A stretch of 64,000 nt of DNA from Cyanophora paradoxa CCMP329 (taxonomy: Eukaryota; Plantae; Glaucophyta): positions 434,001-498,000 of the forward strand of contig QPMI01000010.1 of assembly GCA_004431415.1 (NCBI GenBank). The letters are read 5' to 3'. This document shows positions 23,901 to 36,400 of the stretch, in pieces. Both the position numbers and the translations under genes were made by a program. Under the pieces are notes generated by a model. The model was not told the DNA's origin. It worked only from the letters and a program-made list of their open reading frames with translations, and ran no database searches. Each line of letters opens with the position of its first letter. Within the stretch, counting starts at the first letter, position 1.

Positions 23901-26900
23901 GGCCCCTCTCCCCCGCCCCGCCCAACCGAACGCCGACGAGGCTGCCCAAGCCTAGCATCCCCGGAAACTTAAACCTATAGCTTAAGCCTTCCCTTCCCGG
24001 GGTAACCTGACGAAAGGCCACAAAAACCCCCCTCTCTCCCGCCCAACCGAACGCCGACGAGGCTGCCCGAGGAGCTTAAACCTATAGCTCAAGCCTTCCC
24101 GCCCGCCCCCGGCCCGTGCCCGCCCAACCTGACGAAAGCCCACAAGGGCCCCTCCGCCCCCGCCCTCCGCCCCCCGCTCCCTCACGCCGGGGCGCGCGTC
24201 GCGCAGGCGGAGGACGTGATCGACGAGCTCGACCTGCGCCCCCACGTCGACCTCCTCCTCGGGTGCGGGAGGGATCCCGAGGCGCCGGGGCAGATTCTAA
24301 GGTCTCTTATAAGGGGTCTATATAGATTCTAGAGGTGCTCTTGTAGATTTCTAAGGTTCTCTTATCTCTATTTTCTAGACCTGCGGCCCGACGTCGGCCT
24401 CCTCCTCGGGTGCCCCCGCCCGGCCCGGCCCGCCGCGGACTTAGATTCTAGGGATCTCTTAAGAGGGCCCCGGTTAGATTTCTAAGGGTCTCTTATTACC
24501 TGCGCCCCCACGTCCACCTCCTCCTCGGGTGCGGGTCCCGGAGGCGCCGGGGCAGACAGATAGATAGGGACGGGGTCGTCAGGGTCGCTGATGGCTGATG
24601 GCCGCGGGCGGCAGGGCGGCGCACATGCCGGAGCTGCGGAAGCGCGTGTCGATCGGCATCGAGCTCGTCGCCCGCCCCGCCATCCTCTTCCTTGGTGAGC
24701 CCAAGCCCCGACTCCAGCTCCAACATGAGCCGAAGAGCCGCCCCTCCTCACCCCCTCGCCCCGCCCCCCTCACGTGCTCGCCGGCCTCAGACGAGCCGAC
24801 GTCGGGGCTGGACGCCGTCTCTGCGCTGCACATCATGCACGCCGTCCGCAAGCTCGCCCGCGCCGGCCAGGCCGTCATATGGTGCGTGCACTTGGCAGCA
24901 GAGCCGGAAGCAACGAGGGCAGCGCCGGAAATAGCGAAGGGCATAGCGGGGCAGGCCGCCGTCTGGTGCCATAAATAGCGCCATAAATAGCGAGGGCGAT
25001 GTTAGAGGAGCCAGCCAGAAGGGCTAGAGCCTGGCTGTCTTCTGGTGCCCTCGCGTTTAGACGCCGGCGCGCGCGCGACAACTGCCGGTCGCGGCGCCCG
25101 CACGATTCTGACCTCGGATGGCCGGGGCGCAGCACGGTGCACCAGCCGTCGGCGAAGCTCTTCGAGGTCTTCGACTGGCTCCTCCTCCTCCGCACCGGCG
25201 GCGAGGTGCGCCGCTGCGGCGGGGCAGATCGAGATGGAGGATAGACGGGTAGAGAGAGCGATGGGACGGCCTCTGGGCCCAGGCCCGCCGCGGTTCTCTA
25301 GAGTGCAGGCCGCGCGGCGCCGCCTGAGAGGGCCGGGGCGGCCTAGGCCTGCCGCGGTTCCCTAGAGTGCCGCAGTGCAGGATGGCGGGCCGGGAGGGCC
25401 GCGGGGCCGCCGGCAGCCGACGCGGGGCGCAGGCGGCGTACTTCGGCCCGCTGGGGCGCGACTCGGCCGACGTCCTCCGCCAGTTCGACGAGCTCGGTGC
25501 GTGCGGCCCCGCCCGGCCCCTGGGTCCCTCAAAGTTTCCGGCCCGGCCCGGCCTGCGCCCCTGGGCCCCTGGGTCCCTCGAAGCTTCCGACCCGTCCGGG
25601 CGCGGGGGAAGGGGGAAGTGGGGAGGGGCTACGGGCCCAGTCCTAGCCAGAACACGCCCGCTCGGTAGGGGAGGGGGGGGAGGAGGCCTCGGGGCCCGGT
25701 GCTGGCCAGGCCTATGAGCTCGAAGCTTAAGCATAGACTCGGCCCCCTTCGCCCTCGCCCTCGCCCTCGCTTGTGTGTTTTGTTTGTTTTCTCGGAGTCT
25801 GACGGGCGTCCCCTCTGGCGCGCGCGCAGGCTACCCGTGCCCCCCGGGGCGCAACCCCGCCGACTTCGTGCGCCCCCTCCCCCTCCCCCCCCCCTTCCCC
25901 CCCCCCCCCCCCCCCCCCCCCGCGCCATGTCCGAGCCTCGGGGCCCCGCCTCCGCAGGTGCTGGAGGTCTGCGGCGGCAAGTACCCCAACACCCGCGTCG
26001 CCGGCGAGGTGCGCCCGCGGGCGGCACTCGGGATCCCGGAGGGCAGTCTAGGCTGGGATCTAGGCCCTCAGTGCTCTAGATCTGGTGGGAGAAGGGGCGA
26101 GGCCCCCCGTCCCCTGTGAGGGAGCGTTCGAGGGCCGGGCTCACGGCTCCGCTCGCACGCAGGTGGACGTGGCGGCGCTGTGGCGCTCGTGCCCGCGGCA
26201 CGCCGCCGCGCAGGCCGAGCAGGCCGCCCTCGAGCAGGGCGGTGCGCCGGCGCCTTCCCCTCCTCCCCCCGCCGCCTCTTCCCTGAGGCTCGGCTGAAAC
26301 TAATGCCTGCCCTCCTGCCCTCCTCCCGTCTCTCCTCCCCTCCTTTTCCGGCCTGTCTGACATGGCGGCGGCAGGGGCGCCCCAGGGCGAGGTCTTCAAG
26401 TCGCGCTACGCCGAGGGATTCCAGGCCCAGGCGAGCGAGCGAGCGAGCGAGCGAGCGCTTCGAACTCTAATCATAAACCGAGCGGTCAAATCATAAGGCT
26501 CCTGCGTGTTGCGTGTTGTTAGATTGTGTGTTGTTAGGCTAACGTTAACTATAAACCGAGATGGATTAGATTAGATTATATTCGAGTGACCTGACGCTTC
26601 TGTGTGTTTTATGTTCCCAGGTGCGGCGGTGTCTGGACCGGAACGCGCGGGCGACGCTGCGGCGGCCGGCCGTCCTCCAGGCCATCGTCGCACGGTGCGG
26701 CGCCGCCCGAGTCTCATTCCCTCTTTGGCGCGGGCCCCTCTCTCGCGCCGGCCGCCGCGGCAGCGCCTCCGCCCCCTCCCCCTCCGCCCCCATCTTGTCC
26801 TCTCTTTAGCGCGGGCCCCTCTCTCACCCCCGTCCTTCCTTCCTCCCCAGCGCCCTCCTCCTCGCCTTCGTCGGCGGCAGCATGTACTACAACAACCGGC

Positions 26901-29502
26901 AGAACAACCTCGGTGCGCCCTTCCAAATCCCTCCATGGCCAAGCCCTCCCGATCTTACGCCCCTCGCCCGCCCCTCAGCGGCGGGGCGGATGCGGACGGC
27001 GGCCGCCTTCTACGGCATCTTCGCCTTCGGTGCGCCCCGCCTCTCCGCTCCGGTCTTGAAGAAGATCTAGATAAGACGAGATACCAGTCTGGCATTCTCG
27101 TCTAGATCTAGGGTCGCTCCCGGTCTAGTCTTTCTAGCCCGGCCCCCGCCCGCCCCCGCGCCTCGCGCCTAACTACCGCCCGCCCCCCCGCCCGCCCCTA
27201 CAGGGATGGGCAGCTCGTCGTCGATCGTGCCGAAGGTCTTCGAGCGGACCATCATGTACCGGGAGGCAACCCAGGGCGCGCCCCCTCCCCGCCCCGCCGA
27301 GCTCTAGCGCTCTCAGTCGTTTGATAACCCCCGGGTCTCTGCTCTGCGCTCTGCCGAGCAGGGGCGTACCACCCGACGGCGGCTTTCCTCGCCTGGTCCA
27401 CCGTCGAGTTCGTCTGCCAGGCACGCCCCCCGGCCCCGAGCGAGCCCTAGCACCCGCTCAAGCCAGCTCGAGGCTCTAGTAGCCACTCCGATTCTCTATA
27501 GCCACGCACGTGCATTAGTCTGACCGCTCCCCCCCCCTCCCCTTTAGGTTGCGGAGACGATGCTCTTCGACGTCGTCTTCTACTTCTTCGCCGGCCTCAC
27601 CGTCATCGACAACGGTGCGCAGCCCTCGGCGTCGCCCGCCCGCCACCGCCCCCGCCGGCGGCCGCCCCTCGGTGTTAGCGGCTTGGCGAAGCTAGCGGCT
27701 TAGGGATGTAGCATACCCCCCTCACACTGCTGCCATGGCCCCGCCCCCCCGCCCCTCGGTGTTAGCGGCCTGGCCTGGTGGTGTCACCCGTGGTGGTGTT
27801 ACCAGTGGCTCAGAGCCGTGGCTTCTCCCCCAGCCCACAGCCCCAGCTTTACGAGGGCTTTACGACGCCCCGCCCGCCCGCCGCCATCACACACTCCGCG
27901 CCCCCCCCCCCCCCCCCCGCCCCCCCCTGACCTCCCCCCCCCCCCCCCCCCAGGGATGCGGTTCCTGTACTACGTGATCGCGACGCTCTGCTTCTCGGCA
28001 ATGATGTACTCCTTCAATGAGCTCTTCTCCCTCGTCCGCACCGCCCCCGCACCGGCCCCCGCATCGGCGCCTCTAAATCTGACGCGCGCGCCGCGCCTCC
28101 GCCTCTGCCTTTGCAGCTGCTGCCGACGGCCGAGCTGGCGCACCAGGCCGCCGTCGCCGCCATCGGGCCCATGTGCGCGCCGCGCCATCGATATCGCGTT
28201 CGGACCCTAGACTGGTTGCTTTGAGGCTGTGATCTAGATCTAGAGATCTAGATCTAGAGCTCGAGAGGCCAGGGCGCTTGCGCCCAAAGCCTCTCCCCTC
28301 CTCTCCTTTCCTCTCCTCTCCGGGCGCCTCTGGATCTGAGACCCTCGCGCCCCTGGCAGGGCGCTCTTCGCGGGGTTCATCGTGCCGGAGCCCTCCATCC
28401 CCCGCTACTGGATCTGGCTGGTCCGCCCCCGCCCCCTCCCTCCCCCTACCCCTACCCCCTACCCCCTCCTTCGCTAGTCCGCCCCTCGGGGGCTCTGCCC
28501 GGGGCCACCTCCGACCCCTGGACCCCGGGGGCCCTGCCCGCGCCCGCCCGCCCGCCCGCTCCCCGGGGGACCGCCTCCACCCCATATTTGGTCGGGCCGC
28601 ACCCTCTGCTCTGCCCGTCGTGCCCTCCCGTCCCCCCACCCTAGCCGCGCGGGCCTTCCCCGGATCCCACTTTGAGCTACCACGCTTCCTACACCCCAAC
28701 CCCCCCCCCCCCCCCCCCCACACACACACACCTGATCGGCGTACCCCGCAGCACTACCTCTCCTTCCTGAAGTACCCCCTGGAGTCTCTCTCCGTGAACG
28801 AGCTCGCCGGGCTCCCCATCACCTGTACCCCCAAGTGAGTGAGCGGCGGGGCGGGCGCGGGCCGGCTTTGTCGAGCCTGGATCAGATCTGATCTGATTTC
28901 GATCCGAGTCGCCCTGGCTGTAGCTAGATTCCTGAAGCCTAGATCCGACGCCGATCGGAGCCTAGCTATAGATCCTCTGCTCCGACCCGTCGAACCGCGG
29001 GTCGACGTCTGACTCCGCCCCCGCAGCGAGTCGCCGGCGTGCATACAGCAGTACGGCTCGATCTCCATCACCGGCGACGCGGTCCGCCCCCGCAACAAAT
29101 CTCAGAACTCTGCCTGCAAATCGCCCAGCCGAATTCGAAGTCTGAAGCTTAAGGCGCCCCCGGGCGCGCGCGCAGCTGTCGAGCTCGTACGGGTTCAGCT
29201 TCGACTGGCGCTGGCGCGACGTCGGCATCATGCTCGGCTTCTTCGCTTTCCTCAAGGTGATTATATATAAAAACGAGGCGCGGGCCGGGCCGGGTCGTGT
29301 CGGGTCGGATCCCTGCGGAGGGAGGCCGAGGGCCTTGATTAAATAATAACGAGGCGCGGGCCGGACCGCGGCCGGCCAAGGGCCTTGAAAAGAGAAGAGA
29401 CGGGTTTCCGCATTCGAATTATATGTGTGTATTGGGCTCACGGTCGCGCGCCAGGTCATGTCGGCCATTGTGGTGACGAAGGTCCGCCACGCGCGCAAGT
29501 GA
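17481..29502 (+). CDS. Full-size ABCG/PDR-type ABC transporter (NBD-TMD-NBD-TMD), several dozen short exons; start approximate
   Basis: NBD1 [30 protein letters not shown]; NBD2 LMGPSGA|GKTT|[28 protein letters not shown]|[14 protein letters not shown]; TMD motifs FYIE/MYRE, WIWM|[15 protein letters not shown]; stop TGA at 29500-29502. Confidence 0.93.
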
Positions 29503-30453
29503 GGCCGCGCGCGCGCGTGGTTTCTGGATCCGGATCGCGGCGGGCTTCGCGTTATTTATCATTTCAGTGCTGTGTATACGTAGGTAGCTATGGCAGATGC
29601 GACGTTTCTTATCTCTTGCAAGTGCAGTCTCTAGATTTCTTGTCGTAGTTTGAATTTATGTCAGATTCGCTGAAACGATCCCGTTGAACCGGAATAGAAT
29701 TCAAATATAACGCAATATATATTTCAATTGCGATTGCACCTCACTAACTCACCAAAACTCGTACTCGATGTCGATAATACTCGCACATGAAATTTGGGCC
29801 CCCCGCCCTCTCTCTTCCCCGCCCCCCGGCTCCGGAGCCCCCACCCCCCCCCCCCCCCCCCACCCCCCCCACCCCCCACCCCCACCCCCACACACACACA
29901 CGCCACCCGGTCCCCGCCTTCCCCCCTTCCCCGGCGCCCCGGCCCCGGCACTTGGCTTCGGCCATCCTCCGCTTCGAATTCCAAATTCGGCCGTCCGGGA
30001 TCCCCATATATATGTCCTGCCAAAATCACTGCCAGGGCCAGCCTCGCTCATTTTAACGCTCTTCGAATTTCCGCTGCCACGCAACACGCTCTTCCGGATC
30101 CGCAATTACGCGCGAGCTTTATCAGTTTGTGAGCCGTGTGCGTGGCCAGGCCATGCCTAGGCCTCCTGCGGCTAGCGCTGCAGCAGCTCATGATCACGAT
30201 CACCGGCACTAGCAACACGGCAAATTCGAAAAGCTCGCAGCTGGATGACTCGCGATCGGATCGCGCGCGAGATGACCTGATCATGACCCGTCCTTTTCTG
30301 GCATCATATACGTGCATGTATCATAGTATACGTACCTGCTGACAGCTCGGAGCTCGAGGCGCCCGCGGCCGGTAACCGGTACCGTGATAATCGATATCGG
30401 ATCCGGCATATATCATCAAAGTTTATTTTGAAGCGAACCGGTGAAGGTCATGA

Positions 30454-33400
30454 TCACGCGCGGCGCGCGACGAGCAGAGAGGCGAGAAGCCCGGCAACGG
30501 GGCCCAGAATATTCATTGCGCCGAATTCGATCGACGCCGCGGTCGACAGGGCCGAGGAGCCGCCGGCGGCGGCGGTGTAGGCGCCGAGCTTGAGGGTGCG
30601 GGCGGCCACGGTCGCCTGCACGGCGTCGGCGAGCGCCTTGCCCGTCGCGTAGGCGCCGCCGCCGCCGAACGAGGCGGCGACGAGGAGGCCGCTGCCGGTG
30701 CAGGAGATGCCGGCGATGGCGACCTGCGAGCGCGAGACGGGGCCCTTGAGCGCGTTGACGGCGACGTACAGCGCCCCCTCGACCTGTCGACGTCGTTGTG
30801 AAGAGTAAAGCGTTAATGAAGAAGGTCAGAGTATACGTAAATTAATGCAGCTGTTGTGGATAATTCGCAGCCGCGCCAAATTAAAGGCGCACGTCAAGAA
30901 GGCCGGAGGGGAGGGAGGCCATGTACGACTCGCACTGGGCTTGGGTCGCCTCGAAGCGGATGGAGAGCGCCGCGGGGGTCGCCTGCACGGCCGCCGCCGC
31001 CGCGACGGGCGGCGTGTACGTGAACGTGCCCGGCGCGTACACCTTGACAACCGGGTCCGCGACGCCCGAGGCCTTCGCGCCGTTGACCTGCAGCGGAGAT
31101 TCAAATTCTAAATCATTATCAGAGCGATTGAAACTAAATTTAAGTCTATATTGTGCTCACGGTGACTTGGCCGGCGTTGACGGCCGTCTTGAGCGCCGTG
31201 AAGAGGGCGGAGGAGCCGACGGAGCCGGTCGTGCCGCCGGCGGTGATCTGGTCCCGCACGACGACGCCAAAGGCGCCCGTCGTGGCCAGAAGGCGGCGGG
31301 CGGCCTTGCGCCTGGGCACACAAATGAGAAAAGCATGCGGGAAATTTTGTATACGTAGAGTGTGACTGAGAAATTACACATAGGGATACCCCTGATCCAA
31401 GCCCTCCGGCCTTCGGCCTACAGGCTTGGATCAGGGGTATCCCTATGTGTGCGCGTTTCAGGTACTAGGGTAGTAAGCATTTATTTCAGGTCTTAGGGTA
31501 TTAATCATGTCTTTTTGGCACCAGTATGTTGGCCGCCTCTGGGGTATTGAACACATGAGTTTGGCATCAGCAGGGTGAATGGGGTGAACGGGTTGTTTGT
31601 ATATTTTCTTAGGAAAAATGCCTTCTCACGGGAATTTATACAAACAACCCGTTCACCCCGTTCACCCCGTTCACCCCGTTCACCCAGTTCACCCCGTTCA
31701 CCCTTACACCCTTTACACCCTTTACACCCTTTACACCCTTTACAATCTTAACAATCTTAACAATCCTTAACAACCTTTACAGATGTCTCATCCTGCCCTC
31801 CTCCTTGATCTCGTGGAAATTGCTGGAGCTTCATAGGTCTCCTTTGAATTCGAGAAATCTCTATACCACCTTACTGCCTCTGCTCCCCTGCTAATCTCTC
31901 TGTTCCCGCCACCCTCAATCTCTCCAACTCTCTCCCTTGTTTCTTCTTCTTCCCTGCTCTGTCCTCCAATAATGGTTTATCTGGCACGTTTGGCGCCCTC
32001 TCAATCCCCTCTCTGGCCAAAAGTCGCTCTGTTCTGGCCTCTTTCTTTGCCTCTTCAATGACATTTATTGATGGCGCCTCCAAGAACTCCACGGTTTCCA
32101 CTTTCTGTAATTCGTAGTGGGCATAAAGTCGATCTATTAGTTTGCCAGAAATGTCCCTTAGTTTAAATTTGAACCCCTCCACTCCTTCTATTGTGAATAT
32201 TTCGCGGCTCCAATTATTCCCTTGTTTGGCAAATGGGCTCTTCTCTATTTTAGTTCTCACGTGGCTCCCTGCTGGATAGTCTTTTAGATATTCAATTGAC
32301 TTCATGAATTTCTCGTTTTCTTTTCCGAGTATTAGAGGAACATGTACCTCTGTGGTCTCTGCTGGTTTCATCCCCGTTGCTGAGTGGATGGTATTATTGT
32401 AGTTGTAGGCAAAATCTTGGAGCTTGTCGAAAAACTTTACAGTATTATTCGCTATACAATACGAGTTAATTAGCTTCTTTATTGTGCGATTAAAGGCTTC
32501 TATTCGGCCTTGGCTATTGTGATCTCCAACCTGCGAAACTTGGTGCTCAATCATCTGGGTTTCTAAATGGTCTTTAAATACCTTGTTCAGGAATTCGCTC
32601 CCAGCATCACTTTGTATCTTCACAATTGGACGAGGGACTTGTTGCTCAAGCTCCTTAAACGCGTTCAATGTGCTTTCTGCTGTCTTTCCCCTCATTGGAA
32701 TAATAAAGCCCAGTCTGGTGGTGTTTTCTACAGCTGTGAGGAACGTGTTGTAGCCTTGATTCTGTTTGCTGTATGAGGGAAAGAAGACTAAATCAATAGC
32801 GAATGTATCGAGTGGCTGTCTTATGGGGATATAGGCAGTCTTCTTGGCTGATGGGAGGGGTTTATTTATTTGGTTGATTTCTTGGGCATCATAGAATCTA
32901 CGGATTGTCTTTCTTGGCACATCTGGAAGCTCTTTGGCCAATGAAGCAAGGCCTTTAAATCCTACCTTGGTGTCATAGAATGTCCTTGCTAAGGGATCCA
33001 AGTGGGGCACAGCAATTGCTGTTGGGATGTCTGCTGGAACTAATGCTTTGAGGTCACTCTTTTTCTGAATGCGACCCCCTCTCTCCTCTTGAGGGATTGG
33101 GATTGGCAATATACTCACATCGTACTCTGTTTGTCTGCGTGTGATCTTTGATGACATCTATATTGGGATTAGAAAGCAATCTTTGACATCTTCACATTGA
33201 AGGTCTCATTTTCAAGCTTCTTTTGGACAGTCATTTCGATTTGCTTGGGTTTTTGGTGGAGCACATGGTCTTTATAATCTTGGAAAGACAGATCTGTTTG
33301 AATGGTCTCCTTACAAACACCTGCCAGCTTTTTTATTTCCTCATCATCTGTTTTAATGCTGTAGCATTTCGGCCTTACCCCAGCATATTCAATAATGGTT

Positions 33401-36400
33401 CTGCCCTCAAACTCATCTTTGAACTTGCCAAGCTCTGTGGGGTGGGTGTCAATGTCTTGTAGGTCTTTTGCTATAGTTTTCGAATTTATTTGAAGGCAAA
33501 GCGAATCTGTATCAGTAAAAAGCAGTTTACAGTCTGGCCATTTCCGCTTGATGGTGTTATAATAATAATCAAATAGCCGCAGCTTGGCAAGATCTAAAAC
33601 AACTGCCCCAATTGCTATGGGCTTATCTAACTTGACATTTTTCTGTAGCATTTCGAAGGCTACTGCTGAATCGCTTAGTCTTGTTTCTGCTTTGAGTAGG
33701 GGCGATCTGGCGTATTTCATAAATTGCTTTTCGTTGGTGGCAATCTTGACATTAGACCTTCCTCTCACTTTCTCAATGGTTTTGCCAAAAAGGCTATTGT
33801 TCATGATCTTAAAGAAGTCCTTTTCGGGTTTGGAAGGGGCTGCTTTGCGGTTTTGGGCATTGGATTCGACGTAAGGCTTCATAAAGGCAGCCTGAGTAAA
33901 TGTTAGCACCCTGTGGATTTTGGTGACCTTTAAGCCTTGCGCTACCATGAATTGGAGCAAAGGTTTCGACACCACATAATTACAAATGTCTTCGCAGGCT
34001 GCTTGTAGTCCATCCTCTGCTCTCTTGATAACAAGAGGCAGTTCTTTGTGGAGTTGATGGAGGTGCTGGGGATAATGGATGTCAACTTCTAAGATGGCCC
34101 CCTCTGCTGATGACAGGTCGTAATTTGAGGGTTCTGGGTGCCATTGGAAATTCGAGAGGGGTAGCTTTTGGGATAGGGCATATCCATATAGGTTATTGGC
34201 ATCCAAATATATAATGTGGCTGTCCCTTTCCTTTTTGGCATATTTATGATTCATAATCGAAAGGCCTCCCCTGATCATGCCTTCAACCATGTTGTACATA
34301 TCAAGGTTGGAAAGAAGCTCGATTTTAGGCTTGGTAATAGATAGCATGCTGTCCCACGAAAGCCCTGGACTTGAGACATAGTGGGCAGCATCCATCCCAA
34401 AAGTTTTGTGTGATTTCTGGCGGAAAAGCTGGAACTTTTCCATTAATCCTTCCACGTTCTGGACGCCATAATCAATAAAGTTTTTGATGTCAATGAATTT
34501 AAAGCAACCCCAAGTGATCGACATGTAGTTGTCAAACGATTTTGCGAGGACTTCCACCCTTTTTTCGGGATTTAAGGCGACTGCCTTGAATATCTGCGTT
34601 CCAGATAGGGACAGATCATTGGTCACTATGGGAATCTTGGTGAGATTGCTGGTGCGTCTGTGGAGATTACATTTGCGACAGGCTGAGCCTACAAAATCGC
34701 CTGTTTGATGGTCATGATCCCTCACTTTATAGTTGTCTTGGGAAAACGTACCCTCACAGATGTAGCAGGTTTTAGCAAGGTAATGGGTACGTTTCTGCTC
34801 TTTGGTCAGTGACATTGGGATGTTGGTAAATAGGGCTTTGAATAGCTCTGGGGCTGTGCTGTCGAGGGTACTCAGGAGCTCAAAGATGTTGGAGTGGGTT
34901 TTAGTGAGTACTACTCTATTATTATGAAGAGCTGTCAGTGAGATTGATTTGATCTTGAACATACCAGAAATATCTGTTTCATAATCGAAATAGCAATAGG
35001 CAATCACGGGGAGGAATACAGTCTTTGAGAGATGTTTAAGACCAAATTCAATGAATGTGGGTTGTTTTGGGGTCTCTCCAGCACTTGTCTTCCAATCCAC
35101 ACAACGTTTGCTTTGAATGTGGGATTGAAGCTTCTCCTCAGTCTTGAAGTGGTTGGAACAGGTTTTACAGAAATGGAGTCGCTGCTTATCATTTTTAGCT
35201 AAGACTCTGGACATGCTGAATATTGTGGTATAATGACTGTTACCATTTTCGTCTGTAATTAGCAGCAGATCCACTTGGTGTTTCCTGTTCCTTGAGGAGC
35301 TGTTGTGGAGTAGATTAATTTCTTCTGTAGAGTTAGAGGGGTCGTAAATATTAACAGAGATTGCTGGATTGAGATTTTCAAAGAGATCAATAGTATCAGC
35401 ATCCGCCTTCACAGGAAACTCAATGCCCTCGAAATTTAGTTCTTTTTTGAACCACCTCCTGTATTGGGAAGTCTCATTGCGCTTGTGGCTATTTACTTCG
35501 TCCTTGTGAATATAGCTCAGGATGGAGTATTCAAAGCACCTATTGTCCTTGTTATTAACATTGACAATGGCGCGTTTATTCTTCAGCCACTCAGGCAATG
35601 GAATAAATGCTCCTCCTGAGATTGGCTTAAAGGAGAGAACAATGACCCTGAGGGCTTGGATGCTATCTAATCTGTAGCTATCTGTGACATTAATTTGCGA
35701 CTGGCATTCCTTGGCAAGTTTAGCTGTCTCTTTTGTGAGGATTCGAGATCTTGTCATGATAGCATAGGTGCTGTAAATGTGCTTGGTAATAAAATCTCTC
35801 GAATTATTGGCCTTAGAAAAGCGACAGACAAATGTAAAGCGAGTTTTAATCGACATTTGTGAATTGATGGCATCTTGGAGCCTTGTGTGGAGTTCCTCAG
35901 AGTAGGTGTCTATAAACTCTTGAGTGGTCAGGATCTGGTGCTGAGCTCTGATTGTGAAATCGATGTATTTATTGTTCAGAGCGCGATGTTCATTAATTAG
36001 AGCTGTGTAGTCTTCACCTCTAACCTGTGTGGTCGTGGTCTGTTCGACTTGAATGTGGCCAAGGCGATCAGTCTCATCAAGGGCGTCAATTTTCCCTAAT
36101 AGCTCTCGATTGAGAGCTTGAAGCCCCTTGAGCTTCTTGTTGGTTTGGCTTATGTATGATTCATATTCGCTTTCACTGATGGAGTGGTTCGCAAGGAGGA
36201 AGGCCAGATTCCCGAGAATCTTGTCCTGAAGCTCCTTAATTTGGTAGTGGCTGGGGCGGGGCATGGTTGTGGGGTTGTACTTATATATAGGTACGAAAAT
36301 AATCTTTAAATGCTGCGTAGAATTTGGAAGATTAATTTGTGTGTCTATTGTAGACGAAAAATGGAAACCTTTGATCAGGATTTGGTTGAAACCAAGTTTG

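Noticed and set aside
9455-29900. Long poly-C/poly-G runs in introns as functional G-quadruplex elements
   Set aside because: They are ubiquitous in this host's introns and homopolymer lengths are unreliable; there is no locus-specific signal.
248-30342. The many long Arg/Pro/Gly-rich ORFs in the six-frame track
   Set aside because: Expected in very GC-rich DNA. They run through introns or lie antisense to recognisable spliced genes.
31648-31780. CCCTTTACA-like repeats as telomere or chromosome end
   Set aside because: They are internal to the viral element, change unit along the tract, and host sequence continues on both sides.
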